DNA of 64,000 bases from an uncultured Verrucomicrobiae bacterium (GTDB taxonomy: Bacteria > Verrucomicrobiota > Verrucomicrobiia > Chthoniobacterales > Terrimicrobiaceae). Made by a program: the position numbers and the translations under genes. The stretch covers positions 384,001 through 448,000 of the forward strand of contig CAVPOC010000008.1 in the NCBI GenBank assembly GCA_963706955.1, read 5' to 3'. This document shows positions 11,689 through 21,115 of this stretch, in pieces. The stretch's first letter is position 1. The number at the start of each line of letters is the position of its first letter. Below the pieces are notes generated by a model, which worked only from the letters and a program-made list of their open reading frames with translations, searched no databases and was not told the DNA's origin.

Positions 11689-12018
11689 CTACGCCAAAGC
11701 TTCCAGCCGGCGGACGATCTCCGCTTTTCCGAGAACACCCACCGTCTGGTCGCGCTTTACCCCGCCCTTGAAGAAAAGCAGCGTAGGAATGCTGCGAATC
11801 CCAAACTTCTCAGAAACGGCAGGCGATTCGTCGACATTGACTTTGGTGACTTTGAACTTGCCGGCGTTCTCTCCGGCAATCTCCTCGACAACCGGCGAAA
11901 GCATGCGGCAGGGCGCGCACCAAGGAGCCCAAAAATCGACCAGCAACGGTTCAGATGCACCCGAGACGACAGTGTCGAAATTCGAATCGTTCAACTCTAC
12001 GACGTTTTCACTAGCCAT
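11689..12018 (-). CDS. trxA: Thioredoxin
   Basis: VDFWAPWCAPCR, IRSIPTL; ATG at 12018. Confidence 0.95.
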   Translation of the reverse strand: MASENVVELNDSNFDTVVSGASEPLLVDFWAPWCAPCRMLSPVVEEIAGENAGKFKVTKVNVDESPAVSEKFGIRSIPTLLFFKGGVKRDQTVGVLGKAEIVRRLEALA

Positions 12019-12099
12019 AAGGATGGAAAAATAGCAGAGGCTTGCTGAAAAGCGAGCCCAACACCCGCCTGCCATGGGCACGAAACCCCAGGAGCAAGC

Positions 12100-12906
12100 T
12101 TATTCCAGAATCATCCAGAGCTGGATCGCAACCGCTGCCGCCGAAGCAAGTAAAGCCAAAAGGCCCACACCGATGCCCACCGAAGGCTCAGCTTGAATTT
12201 GAGGCGCCACAGTGATCGCAGAACTCGTCGAAGCCGACTTCGAGGCCGGAACGGCAGCGACGGATGCGCCAGGCTTTTTCTGCAAGTGGACTGATGCCTG
12301 AGGTAACGGCCTCGAACCCGCGGCGCTCGGCGGGACCTTCGCCGTCTCCTTTTTAGGCTCAGAAGTAAGAGGCGGAGGCGCAGCTGCGACCGACGGCGCC
12401 TTTCCCAGGCCTGTCGGCGGTATCGTTGCGGATGGAATATTGAGGCCGGGAGGTTTCGGGGCGAGTGGAGCCGCACTGGCGAGTGAAGCCGGTCTGGCCG
12501 TCGCCGGAGGAGGCGGAACGTTCGCGACCGCAGGCGGCTTCGGGATTGACACGCTCCCTGGCATTCCCGGCGGCGGAGGGGGCGGTGAACTCACGGCGCC
12601 AGCAACGCCGGCGCCCGCGGCCGAGGACGGACCGGGCACAGGTGGCACGACCCCCGGAATCGACGGAGGCTTCGGCGGAATAGGCGGCGTCAGCGTTTGA
12701 CCACCAACCGGAGAAAGTGCCGGCGGCTTTGGGATCGAGGGTGCCACCTGCGATGGCGGCTGCGTTGAAATGGATCCCGGGGGTTTCTGAACCGGCTTGG
12801 GGGGCAAATTTATCATCGCGGTCTCCCGCGAACCTGAGGAAAGCGGTTGACCATCTCGGCGCGGGGGGAGAACGATGCGCACAGTTTCCTTCTTGGGCTC
12901 AGACAT
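12100..12906 (-). CDS. Proline-rich hypothetical protein with C-terminal membrane anchor
   Basis: 268 aa, low-complexity Pro/Ala/Ser, repeated PKPP and (K)KET motifs, hydrophobic C-terminus. Confidence 0.75.
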   Translation of the reverse strand: MSEPKKETVRIVLPPRRDGQPLSSGSRETAMINLPPKPVQKPPGSISTQPPSQVAPSIPKPPALSPVGGQTLTPPIPPKPPSIPGVVPPVPGPSSAAGAGVAGAVSSPPPPPPGMPGSVSIPKPPAVANVPPPPATARPASLASAAPLAPKPPGLNIPSATIPPTGLGKAPSVAAAPPPLTSEPKKETAKVPPSAAGSRPLPQASVHLQKKPGASVAAVPASKSASTSSAITVAPQIQAEPSVGIGVGLLALLASAAAVAIQLWMILE

Positions 12907-13006
12907 AGCATTTCATGAGTTAGGACGCGGCACGGGCGCTTCAAGACGCTCACAGATCGGCTGTGTGCTGTCAAACCGAATTAGTACCAAACGGGGACCT
13001 ATCGTC

Positions 13007-15178
13007 TCAAAGCGGCTCTTTTGGGATGCTGGCAGTTTTGGTGCGATTTCCCAGATCGATCAGGTCGCGCATGATGCGAAGGGCTTCATTGCGGATGGCA
13101 TCAGGCTCAGAGCCTTGCTTCTTGCCGTCGTCGTCTTCGTCGGGCGTCTCAAGCATATTTTTTTCTTGCTTACGATCGAAGGCGACCGGCCGCAATTTTG
13201 GCGCGCTGAGATCATCCAGGGTAAGCTCGAAAGCGTGGACGTCGAGGGCAGGACCGCGTGATTGCCTCTCCTTTTCCCGGAGTTCTTTTCGCTTCTTATC
13301 GTCGGCGAGTTCGTTGCGGCGCGCTTTCTCGTTCAAAGACATCACGTTTTCTTTGATCTTCTCGCGAACACGACTCATGTCTTCGATGGTGTAACGAAAC
13401 TCGTAATCGCCAACAATCCGCTGTGCGGAGCGCGCCCTGAGCTCGTCAAGGAAGAGCGGAGTTGCCGCCATCGAATCAACGATCTTGACTGGAGCGACTT
13501 CATCGTAGGCCAGCCTGTTCTTCAGCGAACCTTCGCCAATTTCAGAATTATCGGTCAACGATGGCAGGACGATGTCAGATTCCACGCCCTTGAGCTGAGT
13601 CGAGCCTCCTCGCACCCGATAAAATTTTTGAATCGTCAATTTGAGCGCTCCGGCATCGGCGGTTCCGAGGCTGAACGGCGACATCAAGCGCCCAAGGTCG
13701 AGAACTGTCTGGACGGTTCCTTTTCCGAAGCTGCGCTCATCACCAACGATAACGGCTCGGCCGTAATCCTGAAGGGCCGCGGCGAAGATCTCACTCGCGG
13801 ACGCGCTCAAGCGGTTCACCAACACAATCAGGGGACCATTGTAAACCAACTCGGGATTGGTGTCTTGAGAGACAGTGATCTTGCCGTTGGAATCCTTGGC
13901 CTGCACCACTGGTCCTCGTGGGATGAAAAGTCCAGTCAGGTTAATCGCCTCTTCGAGCGAGCCTCCGCCGTCACGACGCAGATCGATGACGAGGCCCTGG
14001 ATTCCTTCGCGCTTGAGGCGGGAGATCAGAGCAGCCACATCCTCGGTCGTGCTCTTCGGAGCTCCGCGGTTCTCCATGTTTGCATAGAACGAGGGCAGCG
14101 TGATCCAACCGATACGAACCGGAGTTCCGCTTTGACCGTCGAGGTCGAGCACCTCGGCCTTCGCCTCCTGATCTTTCAGCTTCACCTCGTCGCGGCGGAT
14201 TTCGATGATCTTGCGCTTGGAGGGATCGGTGGCGTCGCCAGGTATTACCAGGAGACGAACCAAAGTCCCCTTCTTGCCACGAATCTTTTCGACCACTTTG
14301 TCGAGCTTCATGTCGACAACGTCCTCGAACTCCGCCTCTCCTTGGGCGACCGCAGCGATTCGATCGTTGACGGTCAAACGTCCATCACGATCGGCCGGCC
14401 CGCCAGGAACAACTTCCTTCACTTTGGCATAGCCGTCCTCCGAAGAAAGGACGGCTCCCACGCCCACCAGCGAGAGCTTCATGGAGATTTGGAAGTTCTC
14501 GAGATCCGATGGGCTGAGGTACTCGGAATGAGGGTCGTACGTCTGTGCCAAGGCGCTGAGGAAAGTCTTCACGACGTCGTCTTCCTCCATTTCCCGCACG
14601 TTGCGCAGCACCTGCTCGTAGCGGCGTGTCACGGTCTCTTGCGGCGGACGCAGCTTGAGTTCCGCGAGGTCTTCCTTAAGGAGTTCGGCTTCGATGCGGT
14701 CCTGCCAGATTCGATCAGCCTCTTCCTGGTTCTTTGGCCAAGGCGCGTTCTGCCGATTGATCTCAACCGTGCGATTGCTGTCGAACGTGTACTTCTTCTG
14801 AGTCAACTTTTTGTTCTTGGTGACACGCTCTTCCACCCGTTGCTTGAAGCGGACAAAGATCTCGCGCGCCGGACCCAGATCGCCGCGCAAAACGCTGTCG
14901 CCGAGAGTGGAGGCATACTTGTTCTCGAATTCCTCGACATCCTTCTGGGTGAAATAGAGCTTGTTGTAATCCAGGGTCGTCAAATAGGTCTGCAAAAACC
15001 TCGCTGACATCTTCTCGTCGAGTTTCTCCCGAGTGTAGTGGCCCTGCTCTAGCCAACGCGCAACGGAGATGGCTACCTGACCAGGCTCGACAGAACTGCG
15101 GGCAAACAGAGATAGCGGAATGAGCCCTACCAAGGCGATGCATCCCGAACAACAAAATCGTGATAGAGCGCGCTTCAT
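13007..15178 (-). CDS. prc: Tail-specific (carboxy-terminal processing) protease, S41 family
   Basis: YDPHSEY, PDZ 'GVGAVL...PGGPA', DLRRDGGG, SASASEI, FGKGTVQ. Confidence 0.92.
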   Translation of the reverse strand: MKRALSRFCCSGCIALVGLIPLSLFARSSVEPGQVAISVARWLEQGHYTREKLDEKMSARFLQTYLTTLDYNKLYFTQKDVEEFENKYASTLGDSVLRGDLGPAREIFVRFKQRVEERVTKNKKLTQKKYTFDSNRTVEINRQNAPWPKNQEEADRIWQDRIEAELLKEDLAELKLRPPQETVTRRYEQVLRNVREMEEDDVVKTFLSALAQTYDPHSEYLSPSDLENFQISMKLSLVGVGAVLSSEDGYAKVKEVVPGGPADRDGRLTVNDRIAAVAQGEAEFEDVVDMKLDKVVEKIRGKKGTLVRLLVIPGDATDPSKRKIIEIRRDEVKLKDQEAKAEVLDLDGQSGTPVRIGWITLPSFYANMENRGAPKSTTEDVAALISRLKREGIQGLVIDLRRDGGGSLEEAINLTGLFIPRGPVVQAKDSNGKITVSQDTNPELVYNGPLIVLVNRLSASASEIFAAALQDYGRAVIVGDERSFGKGTVQTVLDLGRLMSPFSLGTADAGALKLTIQKFYRVRGGSTQLKGVESDIVLPSLTDNSEIGEGSLKNRLAYDEVAPVKIVDSMAATPLFLDELRARSAQRIVGDYEFRYTIEDMSRVREKIKENVMSLNEKARRNELADDKKRKELREKERQSRGPALDVHAFELTLDDLSAPKLRPVAFDRKQEKNMLETPDEDDDGKKQGSEPDAIRNEALRIMRDLIDLGNRTKTASIPKEPL

Positions 15179-15255
15179 GAAATGGTAAACGTCAAAAACT
15201 TGCAGACAGACTCCCGAAAATCAAACCTGGACATCATTTCTCTGACCATTTTCTC

Positions 15256-15867
15256 ATGAATCGGTTCAAAAGCTTCACCGGGGGTGTCTTCGACACCAAT
15301 TGCTTCTACTACCAGGCTCCAGAAGGCGGAATTCTTTTCGATGCGCCACAGGGCGCCGATTCTGCTTTCGCCAGCGAGCAGGTCGACTTGCTCCTGCTTA
15401 CCCACGGACATTTCGATCATGTCGTCGATGGCGCAGCAGTAATCAAGCGTCACGGCTGCCAGACCGCTTTCCATCCGGATACCGCCCCCATGGTCAACGA
15501 TCCTGAATTTTTTCGCCAATGGGGATTCGAGTTCGAGATTGAACCATTCACCGCCGACTTCTTTCTCGACGAAGGGGAACCTACCAAACTTCTCGGAGCG
15601 GCCATGCGCATCTACCATATTCCTGGGCACTGTCCTGGCAGTTTATGCTTTCACCTTCTCGATGAGAACGTTGTCATCGGCGGCGATGTGCTCTTCCGCG
15701 AAGGAATAGGCCGTTGGGACCTACCCGGAGGCGATGGGGATCTACTTCTCGCCGGCATTCGCCAGAAGCTGTTTCCCCTCGACGACGCAATCACTGTGCT
15801 TCCCGGGCATGGGCCACCAACGACAATCGGCTGGGAGCGCCGGAACAATCCTTTTCTCGTCGATTGA
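15256..15867 (+). CDS. Metallo-beta-lactamase-fold hydrolase (glyoxalase II/YcbL-like)
   Basis: THGHFDH, PGHCPGS, GDVLF, PGHG. Confidence 0.9.
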   Translation: MNRFKSFTGGVFDTNCFYYQAPEGGILFDAPQGADSAFASEQVDLLLLTHGHFDHVVDGAAVIKRHGCQTAFHPDTAPMVNDPEFFRQWGFEFEIEPFTADFFLDEGEPTKLLGAAMRIYHIPGHCPGSLCFHLLDENVVIGGDVLFREGIGRWDLPGGDGDLLLAGIRQKLFPLDDAITVLPGHGPPTTIGWERRNNPFLVD

Positions 15868-15940
15868 AAGGAATCTTTGCTCGACAGAAAAAGGGAGCGG
15901 TTCTACGTTTTTTTCTGTTTTCGTTTCCCTATAATTGTTC

Positions 15941-17227
15941 ATGCCACGCTATACATACGTTGCCCTTGATGCGCGCGGCCAGGAAGCTTCTGGAGTGATC
16001 GAGGCTGAGTCACAGAATGACGCGGTGGGGCAATTACGCCAAGCGGGTTATTTCCCAAAGGCGATTGCTGAGGAGGGCAAAGGGGGTAAAGCTGCGAAGG
16101 CGTTGAAAGCGGCCACACGGCAGCCTCCTGCTGCCAAGAAGCCAACCAGCGTATCGATTCCATTTTTCGAACGTAAGACGGTCAAGGGGAAGACCCTGAT
16201 GATTTTCACGCGTCAGTTGGCCACTCTGATCGACGCTGGTCTTCCCCTCCTGCGCGGTCTGACGGTTCTGGCAAAACAGGAGCCCGATCCGGTGCTGCGC
16301 AAGGTCATTGTTAATCTCGCGGAAACGGTGCAGGGAGGTGGAACCTTCTCCGAGAGTCTGGCTGGTCATCCCCGGATCTTCAGCAAGCTCTACGTCAATA
16401 TGGTCAAGGCCGGCGAACTTGGAGGCGTGCTCGAGCTGGTTCTCTTACGGCTGGCAGAGTTCCAAGAGAAGGCCCAAAAGATAAAGAACAAGGTCGTTTC
16501 CGCCATGTTCTACCCGATCATCGTGCTCTTGATCGCCATTTTGATCATGGGTTTCTTACTCGTATTCATCGTGCCGAAGTTTGAGGCAATCTTTGCAGAC
16601 ATGCTTGGAGGTAAGCCGCTGCCGGCGCTCACCCAGTTTGTCATCGGCGCCAGCACCTTCGTAAAGAGCAACATTTTGGTCATTATTGGAGCGATCATCG
16701 GGATCACGCTTCTCCTTAAGCTGGTTGCGAAGACGAGGAAGGGTGCCTTTGTCCTGGATAACTTCAAGCTAAGGATGCCGCTTTTCGGCAATCTGACACG
16801 CAAGAGCTCGATTTCGCGGTTCAGCCGCACGCTGGGAACGCTCGTCACCAGCGGCGTTCCAATTCTCCAGGCCCTCAACATCACCCGGGAAACCGCCGGA
16901 AACTCGGTTGTCGCCAACGCGATCACCAAGGTGCACGACAGCGTCAAAGAGGGCGAGTCGATTGTCCATCCACTTGAGGTCAGCGGCGTGTTCCCACCCA
17001 TGGTGATAAGCATGATTGATGTCGGCGAAGAGACCGGACAGCTTCCCGAGATGCTCTTGAAGATAGCCGAAGTCTACGACGACGAGGTCGATAATGCGGT
17101 CGCGGGGCTCACTTCATTGCTCGAACCGATCATGATCGTGTTCCTCGCCGTCGTCGTTGGCACCATCGTCATCGCGTTGTTCCTGCCGCTCATCAGCATT
17201 ATCAGCGGCATGCAACAGCAAACGTAG
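15941..17227 (+). CDS. pilC: Type II secretion / type IV pilus platform protein (GspF/PilC)
   Basis: FTRQLATLIDAGLPL, GELGG, GEETG.L, LLEP motifs. Confidence 0.9.
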   Translation: MPRYTYVALDARGQEASGVIEAESQNDAVGQLRQAGYFPKAIAEEGKGGKAAKALKAATRQPPAAKKPTSVSIPFFERKTVKGKTLMIFTRQLATLIDAGLPLLRGLTVLAKQEPDPVLRKVIVNLAETVQGGGTFSESLAGHPRIFSKLYVNMVKAGELGGVLELVLLRLAEFQEKAQKIKNKVVSAMFYPIIVLLIAILIMGFLLVFIVPKFEAIFADMLGGKPLPALTQFVIGASTFVKSNILVIIGAIIGITLLLKLVAKTRKGAFVLDNFKLRMPLFGNLTRKSSISRFSRTLGTLVTSGVPILQALNITRETAGNSVVANAITKVHDSVKEGESIVHPLEVSGVFPPMVISMIDVGEETGQLPEMLLKIAEVYDDEVDNAVAGLTSLLEPIMIVFLAVVVGTIVIALFLPLISIISGMQQQT

Positions 17228-17230
17228 TTC

Positions 17231-17692
17231 ATGAATCGCGCTTCTGTGGCGATGGGCGGTTTCACCATTCTGGAGCTGATCATCGTTATTGCCATCATCG
17301 CCATTCTCGCCAGTTTGATCCTCAACACTGCAGGATATATTCAAAAGAAAGGTGCCTCATCCCGAGCCGAGACGGAAATTGCGGCACTGACTGTTGCGCT
17401 CGAGAATTATAAGGCGGACAATGGCGACTATCCGCACGGAACGAACACGAACGGATTCGCCGCGCCCTCGAGCAACACCTTTCTGTTAACGAGCTTGATG
17501 CCAACGAACGGCAAGGTCTATTTCGAGTTTAACAAATCGATGACGAATGCCGGCGGCAACGTCGTGGACCCATTCGGTGAGAGCTACGGATATCAATACC
17601 CTGGGGATGCAAATCGTAGCGGCACCAATTTTTTCGATCTGTTCTCGCGCTGCGCATCCTCGGATACCAACCAATGGAAGGCTAACTGGTAG
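17231..17692 (+). CDS. Prepilin-type (GspG-like) pseudopilin
   Basis: G|FTILELIIVIAII methylation motif with E5; 'ALENYKADNGDYP' and 'DPFG..Y.Y' GspG-like segments. Confidence 0.85.
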   Translation: MNRASVAMGGFTILELIIVIAIIAILASLILNTAGYIQKKGASSRAETEIAALTVALENYKADNGDYPHGTNTNGFAAPSSNTFLLTSLMPTNGKVYFEFNKSMTNAGGNVVDPFGESYGYQYPGDANRSGTNFFDLFSRCASSDTNQWKANW

Positions 17693-18099
17693 CTATGCCG
17701 CGGTGCCGAATCGCCACCATTGATCTCGCCGCCGTCAAGGCCTGTTAACTGTTAATCGAGCCTCTGTATGGTTGCTGTTACGGCAGGTGTCCCCATCGCC
17801 GGGGAGCCGCCCACGACCGTGGGGACGCGGTCGCGACAATTGTTCGGCGCAACATATTCTTGTAATTCTCTAGCGCACGGCGGGCCTGCTATTAGCCCGG
17901 AGCAGCGCTCCAAAGGGACGTCGTGCCAGGAGAGACCAGAGCTTTGAAAGCGCGTTAAAGACAGCCCGCCTTGATCCAGACCCAACGACGCCCTCTGCCC
18001 AAGGGCAAAGGCGCTTCGACTCTCTCATTGTTCACAAGTTTCTTTCACTACTTGCCGTAACGGCTAAGAGGTGATGGTTCGAAATCCACGCCGCTTAGC

Positions 18100-19680
18100 A
18101 TGATCGAGTTTTTTTTCGCAGGACTGCCCATCGCGGTGCTGGTGGTTCTCATGACAAAGCCGAATCCGTTGCCGGCTCCGATCGCGTTTCTTCTGGCGGC
18201 TCTCTGTGCTTTTCTTGTGCGTCTCATCTATTTTCGCGCCGAAGTGCCCCTTCTGAGTGCGGCCGTGGTCGCGGGACTTCTGGAAGCCCTAACGCCAATT
18301 TCCATCGTCTTTGGGGCCATTTTCTTCTTCGTTGCCTTAGAAAAGTCCGGCGCCATGAATGTCCTCCAAGCGTGGCTTCGCGGTATCTCCAGCAACCGCG
18401 TGGCCCAACTCATGTTGGTAGGTTGGGCTTTCGTTTTCTTGATCGAAGGCGCCTGCGGATTCGGCACTCCAGCGGCCTTGGCAGCACCGATCCTCGTCGC
18501 GCTTGGTTTTCCGGCCGTCCGAGTATTATTGCTGTGTCTGATTTTCAATGCCATTCCAACGGTGTTCGGTGCGGTGGGGACGCCGATCTGGTTTGGTTTC
18601 GAGCTCCTTCAGCTGGGGCAACCTGAGCTCATCGAGATTGGCGGGAAGACAGCGCTCCTGCAGAGCCTGGTCGCGCTGATCATCCCGGTTATCTCCTTAC
18701 GCTTTATCGTCGATTGGGGGACCATTCGGCGAAATTTGGTTTTCATTTACCTATCTGTTCTTTCCTGTGTTGGCCCGATGCTCGCAGTGGCAATGGCTAA
18801 CTACGAGTTCCCCGCTGTCGTTGGTGGCGTAGTCGGACTAATCACCACGATCCTGCTTGCCCGATTTGAGATCGGGCTCGAACGGGGCGACGTCCGAGGC
18901 CCTCAGGGTCCGCTTCTCTCACGGCGCGTTGTCCTGGCGCTGACGCCCCTCATGGTTACTGTCGTGATCCTGCTGGTAACGCGCATCCCGGTTCTGGGTC
19001 TGCGAAGCCTGCTAACTTCTCCGGAACCGCACCTGAGGATTTCGCTCGGCGCGTTGGGCGAGGTTACAGTCAGTCCGTCGCTCGTTTTCCAGTTTCGAAA
19101 CATCCTTGGTCAAGGGCTTAACTGGTCGCATGCATTCCTCTACATTCCCTCCGTTATTCCGTTTTTTCTCACAGCGGGACTTGCGTTTGTTTTGTTTGGT
19201 TCGGCGGCTAGCACGACTTCCCTGGCCCTGCGCGAGACGGTGGCACGCATCGGCAAGCCGGTGATCGCCCTCTTCGGCGCCCTTGTCTTCGTGAACCTTC
19301 TGATGGTGGGCGGTGAACAATCCTCCACCATGATTCTCGGACATTCGCTCGCGCACGTAACCGGAGGCGCTTGGAAATACTTCGCCCCTTTTCTCGGCGC
19401 GCTCGGGAGTTTCTTTTCCGGATCCACGACCATCTCGAATCTGACGTTTGGAGGAATTCAAGCCTCAATCGCACATGACGTCGGCACGGATCCAGGGATG
19501 CTGCTCGCATTGCAGTGCGCCGGAGCCGCGATGGGTAACATCATCGCCATACACAACATCGTTGCCGCGTGCGCAGTGCTTATGCTCTCCAATGTCGAGG
19601 GCAAGATCCTCAAGGAAGCCTTTCCGGTCGTTGTTCTCTACGGACTACTGCTTGCTCTGGCGACGGCAATCCTCTTCTAG
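18100..19680 (+). CDS. Lactate permease (LldP/LctP family)
   Basis: FLIEGACGFGTPAAL, FGAVGTP, GSFFSGSTTISN; multi-pass hydrophobic. Confidence 0.9.
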   Translation: MIEFFFAGLPIAVLVVLMTKPNPLPAPIAFLLAALCAFLVRLIYFRAEVPLLSAAVVAGLLEALTPISIVFGAIFFFVALEKSGAMNVLQAWLRGISSNRVAQLMLVGWAFVFLIEGACGFGTPAALAAPILVALGFPAVRVLLLCLIFNAIPTVFGAVGTPIWFGFELLQLGQPELIEIGGKTALLQSLVALIIPVISLRFIVDWGTIRRNLVFIYLSVLSCVGPMLAVAMANYEFPAVVGGVVGLITTILLARFEIGLERGDVRGPQGPLLSRRVVLALTPLMVTVVILLVTRIPVLGLRSLLTSPEPHLRISLGALGEVTVSPSLVFQFRNILGQGLNWSHAFLYIPSVIPFFLTAGLAFVLFGSAASTTSLALRETVARIGKPVIALFGALVFVNLLMVGGEQSSTMILGHSLAHVTGGAWKYFAPFLGALGSFFSGSTTISNLTFGGIQASIAHDVGTDPGMLLALQCAGAAMGNIIAIHNIVAACAVLMLSNVEGKILKEAFPVVVLYGLLLALATAILF

Positions 19681-19865
19681 CACCGTCAGCATATCATTGC
19701 GTCAGGATCAGGCCGCCTCCATGGTTTCTACATCCGGCCGCGGCTATCACCACCCCAACGGGAACCGGCAGACACGCGCTGGGAAGGCCGTGGGAGGATC
19801 TTTCAATTTGAGGTCGGCTCAGGAATTGCTTGTCATTGCAGCACGGTTTGGAATTGTGGCGTGTC

Positions 19866-20876
19866 ATGGAATCTGAAAAGCCGCAAGTCGCTGTCTACGA
19901 TACGAAGCCTTACGATCGCGAGTATCTCAGCAAGGCTGCTGGTGCAGAGGACTTGGACCTACGGTTTCACGATTTCCGACTGGAGGCAGCCACTGCGTTC
20001 GCGGCGGAGGGAGCAAAGGCGGTCTGCGTGTTTGTGAACGATCAGGTCCGCCGGCCGACTCTCCAAAGTCTGGCCGAGCGAGGCGTCGGCATGGTGGCTC
20101 TGCGATGTGCTGGCTTTAACAACGTTGAGCTCGAGGTTGCGAAGGAATTGGGGATCGCCGTTACCCGCGTTCCCAGCTACTCACCCCATGCGGTGGCCGA
20201 ACATACCATCGCGCTCATCCTCACACTTAACAGAAAAACTCACCGCGCCTACAACAGGGTTCGTGAACTCAACTTCGCGCTCAACGGTTTGGTGGGGTTC
20301 GATCTCTATGCAAAGATCGCGGGAATTGTGGGAACAGGCAAGATCGGGCGCATCGCGGCGCAGATTCTCAAAGGATTTGGCATGCGCGTTCTGGCGTTTG
20401 ACCCTTTCGCTGATCACGAGTGGGCCCGCGAAAAAGGAATCGAATACGTGGAGATTTCAACGCTCTTCAAGGAGAGTGATGTGATTTCCTTACACACTCC
20501 CCTCACCCCCGAGACAGATCACATTATCGGGCCAGAGTCGATAGCCATGATGAAACCCGGGGTGATGCTGATCAACGTCAGCCGCGGCCGTTTGGTTGAC
20601 ACGACTGCGCTAATCGCCGGCTTGAAGCGTGGACACATTGGAGGAGTCGCGCTGGATGTCTACGAAGAAGAGGAAGGAGTTTTCTTCGAGGACCTCTCTG
20701 GTATCGTGCTGCAAGATGATGAGCTTGCCCGCCTACTTAGCTTCCCAAACGTTCTCATCACTTCGCATCAGGCTTTTCTTACTGAGGAAGCCTTGCGCGA
20801 GATCTCCCGCGTCACCGTCGAAAATCTGCGCCGTTTTGCCAACGGCCAGCCGCTCCTCGAAGGAACGGCGGTCTAA
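19866..20876 (+). CDS. ldhA: D-lactate dehydrogenase (D-2-hydroxyacid dehydrogenase)
   Basis: ALRCAGFNNV, RVPSYSPHAVAEH, GTGKIG, LDVYEEE, TSHQAF. Confidence 0.88.
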   Translation: MESEKPQVAVYDTKPYDREYLSKAAGAEDLDLRFHDFRLEAATAFAAEGAKAVCVFVNDQVRRPTLQSLAERGVGMVALRCAGFNNVELEVAKELGIAVTRVPSYSPHAVAEHTIALILTLNRKTHRAYNRVRELNFALNGLVGFDLYAKIAGIVGTGKIGRIAAQILKGFGMRVLAFDPFADHEWAREKGIEYVEISTLFKESDVISLHTPLTPETDHIIGPESIAMMKPGVMLINVSRGRLVDTTALIAGLKRGHIGGVALDVYEEEEGVFFEDLSGIVLQDDELARLLSFPNVLITSHQAFLTEEALREISRVTVENLRRFANGQPLLEGTAV

Positions 20877-21115
20877 GGCCCGCTGCCAGCAATTCCAGGT
20901 CGTCGAGGCACTGGACCCGTTTCTTTCGTTAATGATTTCTTAAGCTGCCGTAGTCCGTCCCCTGCGCAACGGTTATCATTTCCGGCATCTCGATTGCAAA
21001 GCTGGATGAAACTAAGGTCTTACGTTCTTTTGCGATGGCACGTTGATCGGCGCGAGAGCTTAGGGTCCCGACGAAGTTTTCGGAAAAGGCGACTTCTCTT
21101 TCGCCCTCTGTAGCC

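Noticed and set aside
13262..15007. Long antisense ORFs (13262..15007, 9980..10777, 38456..39805, 21545..22297, 24193..24957 and similar)
   Set aside because: Shadow frames opposite well-supported genes, expected at this GC content, with no motifs
18050..18099. GGTTCGAAATCC resembling a tRNA T-loop, or GGTGATGG resembling a fluoride riboswitch start
   Set aside because: No cloverleaf, anticodon arm or CCA, and the downstream fluoride consensus is absent
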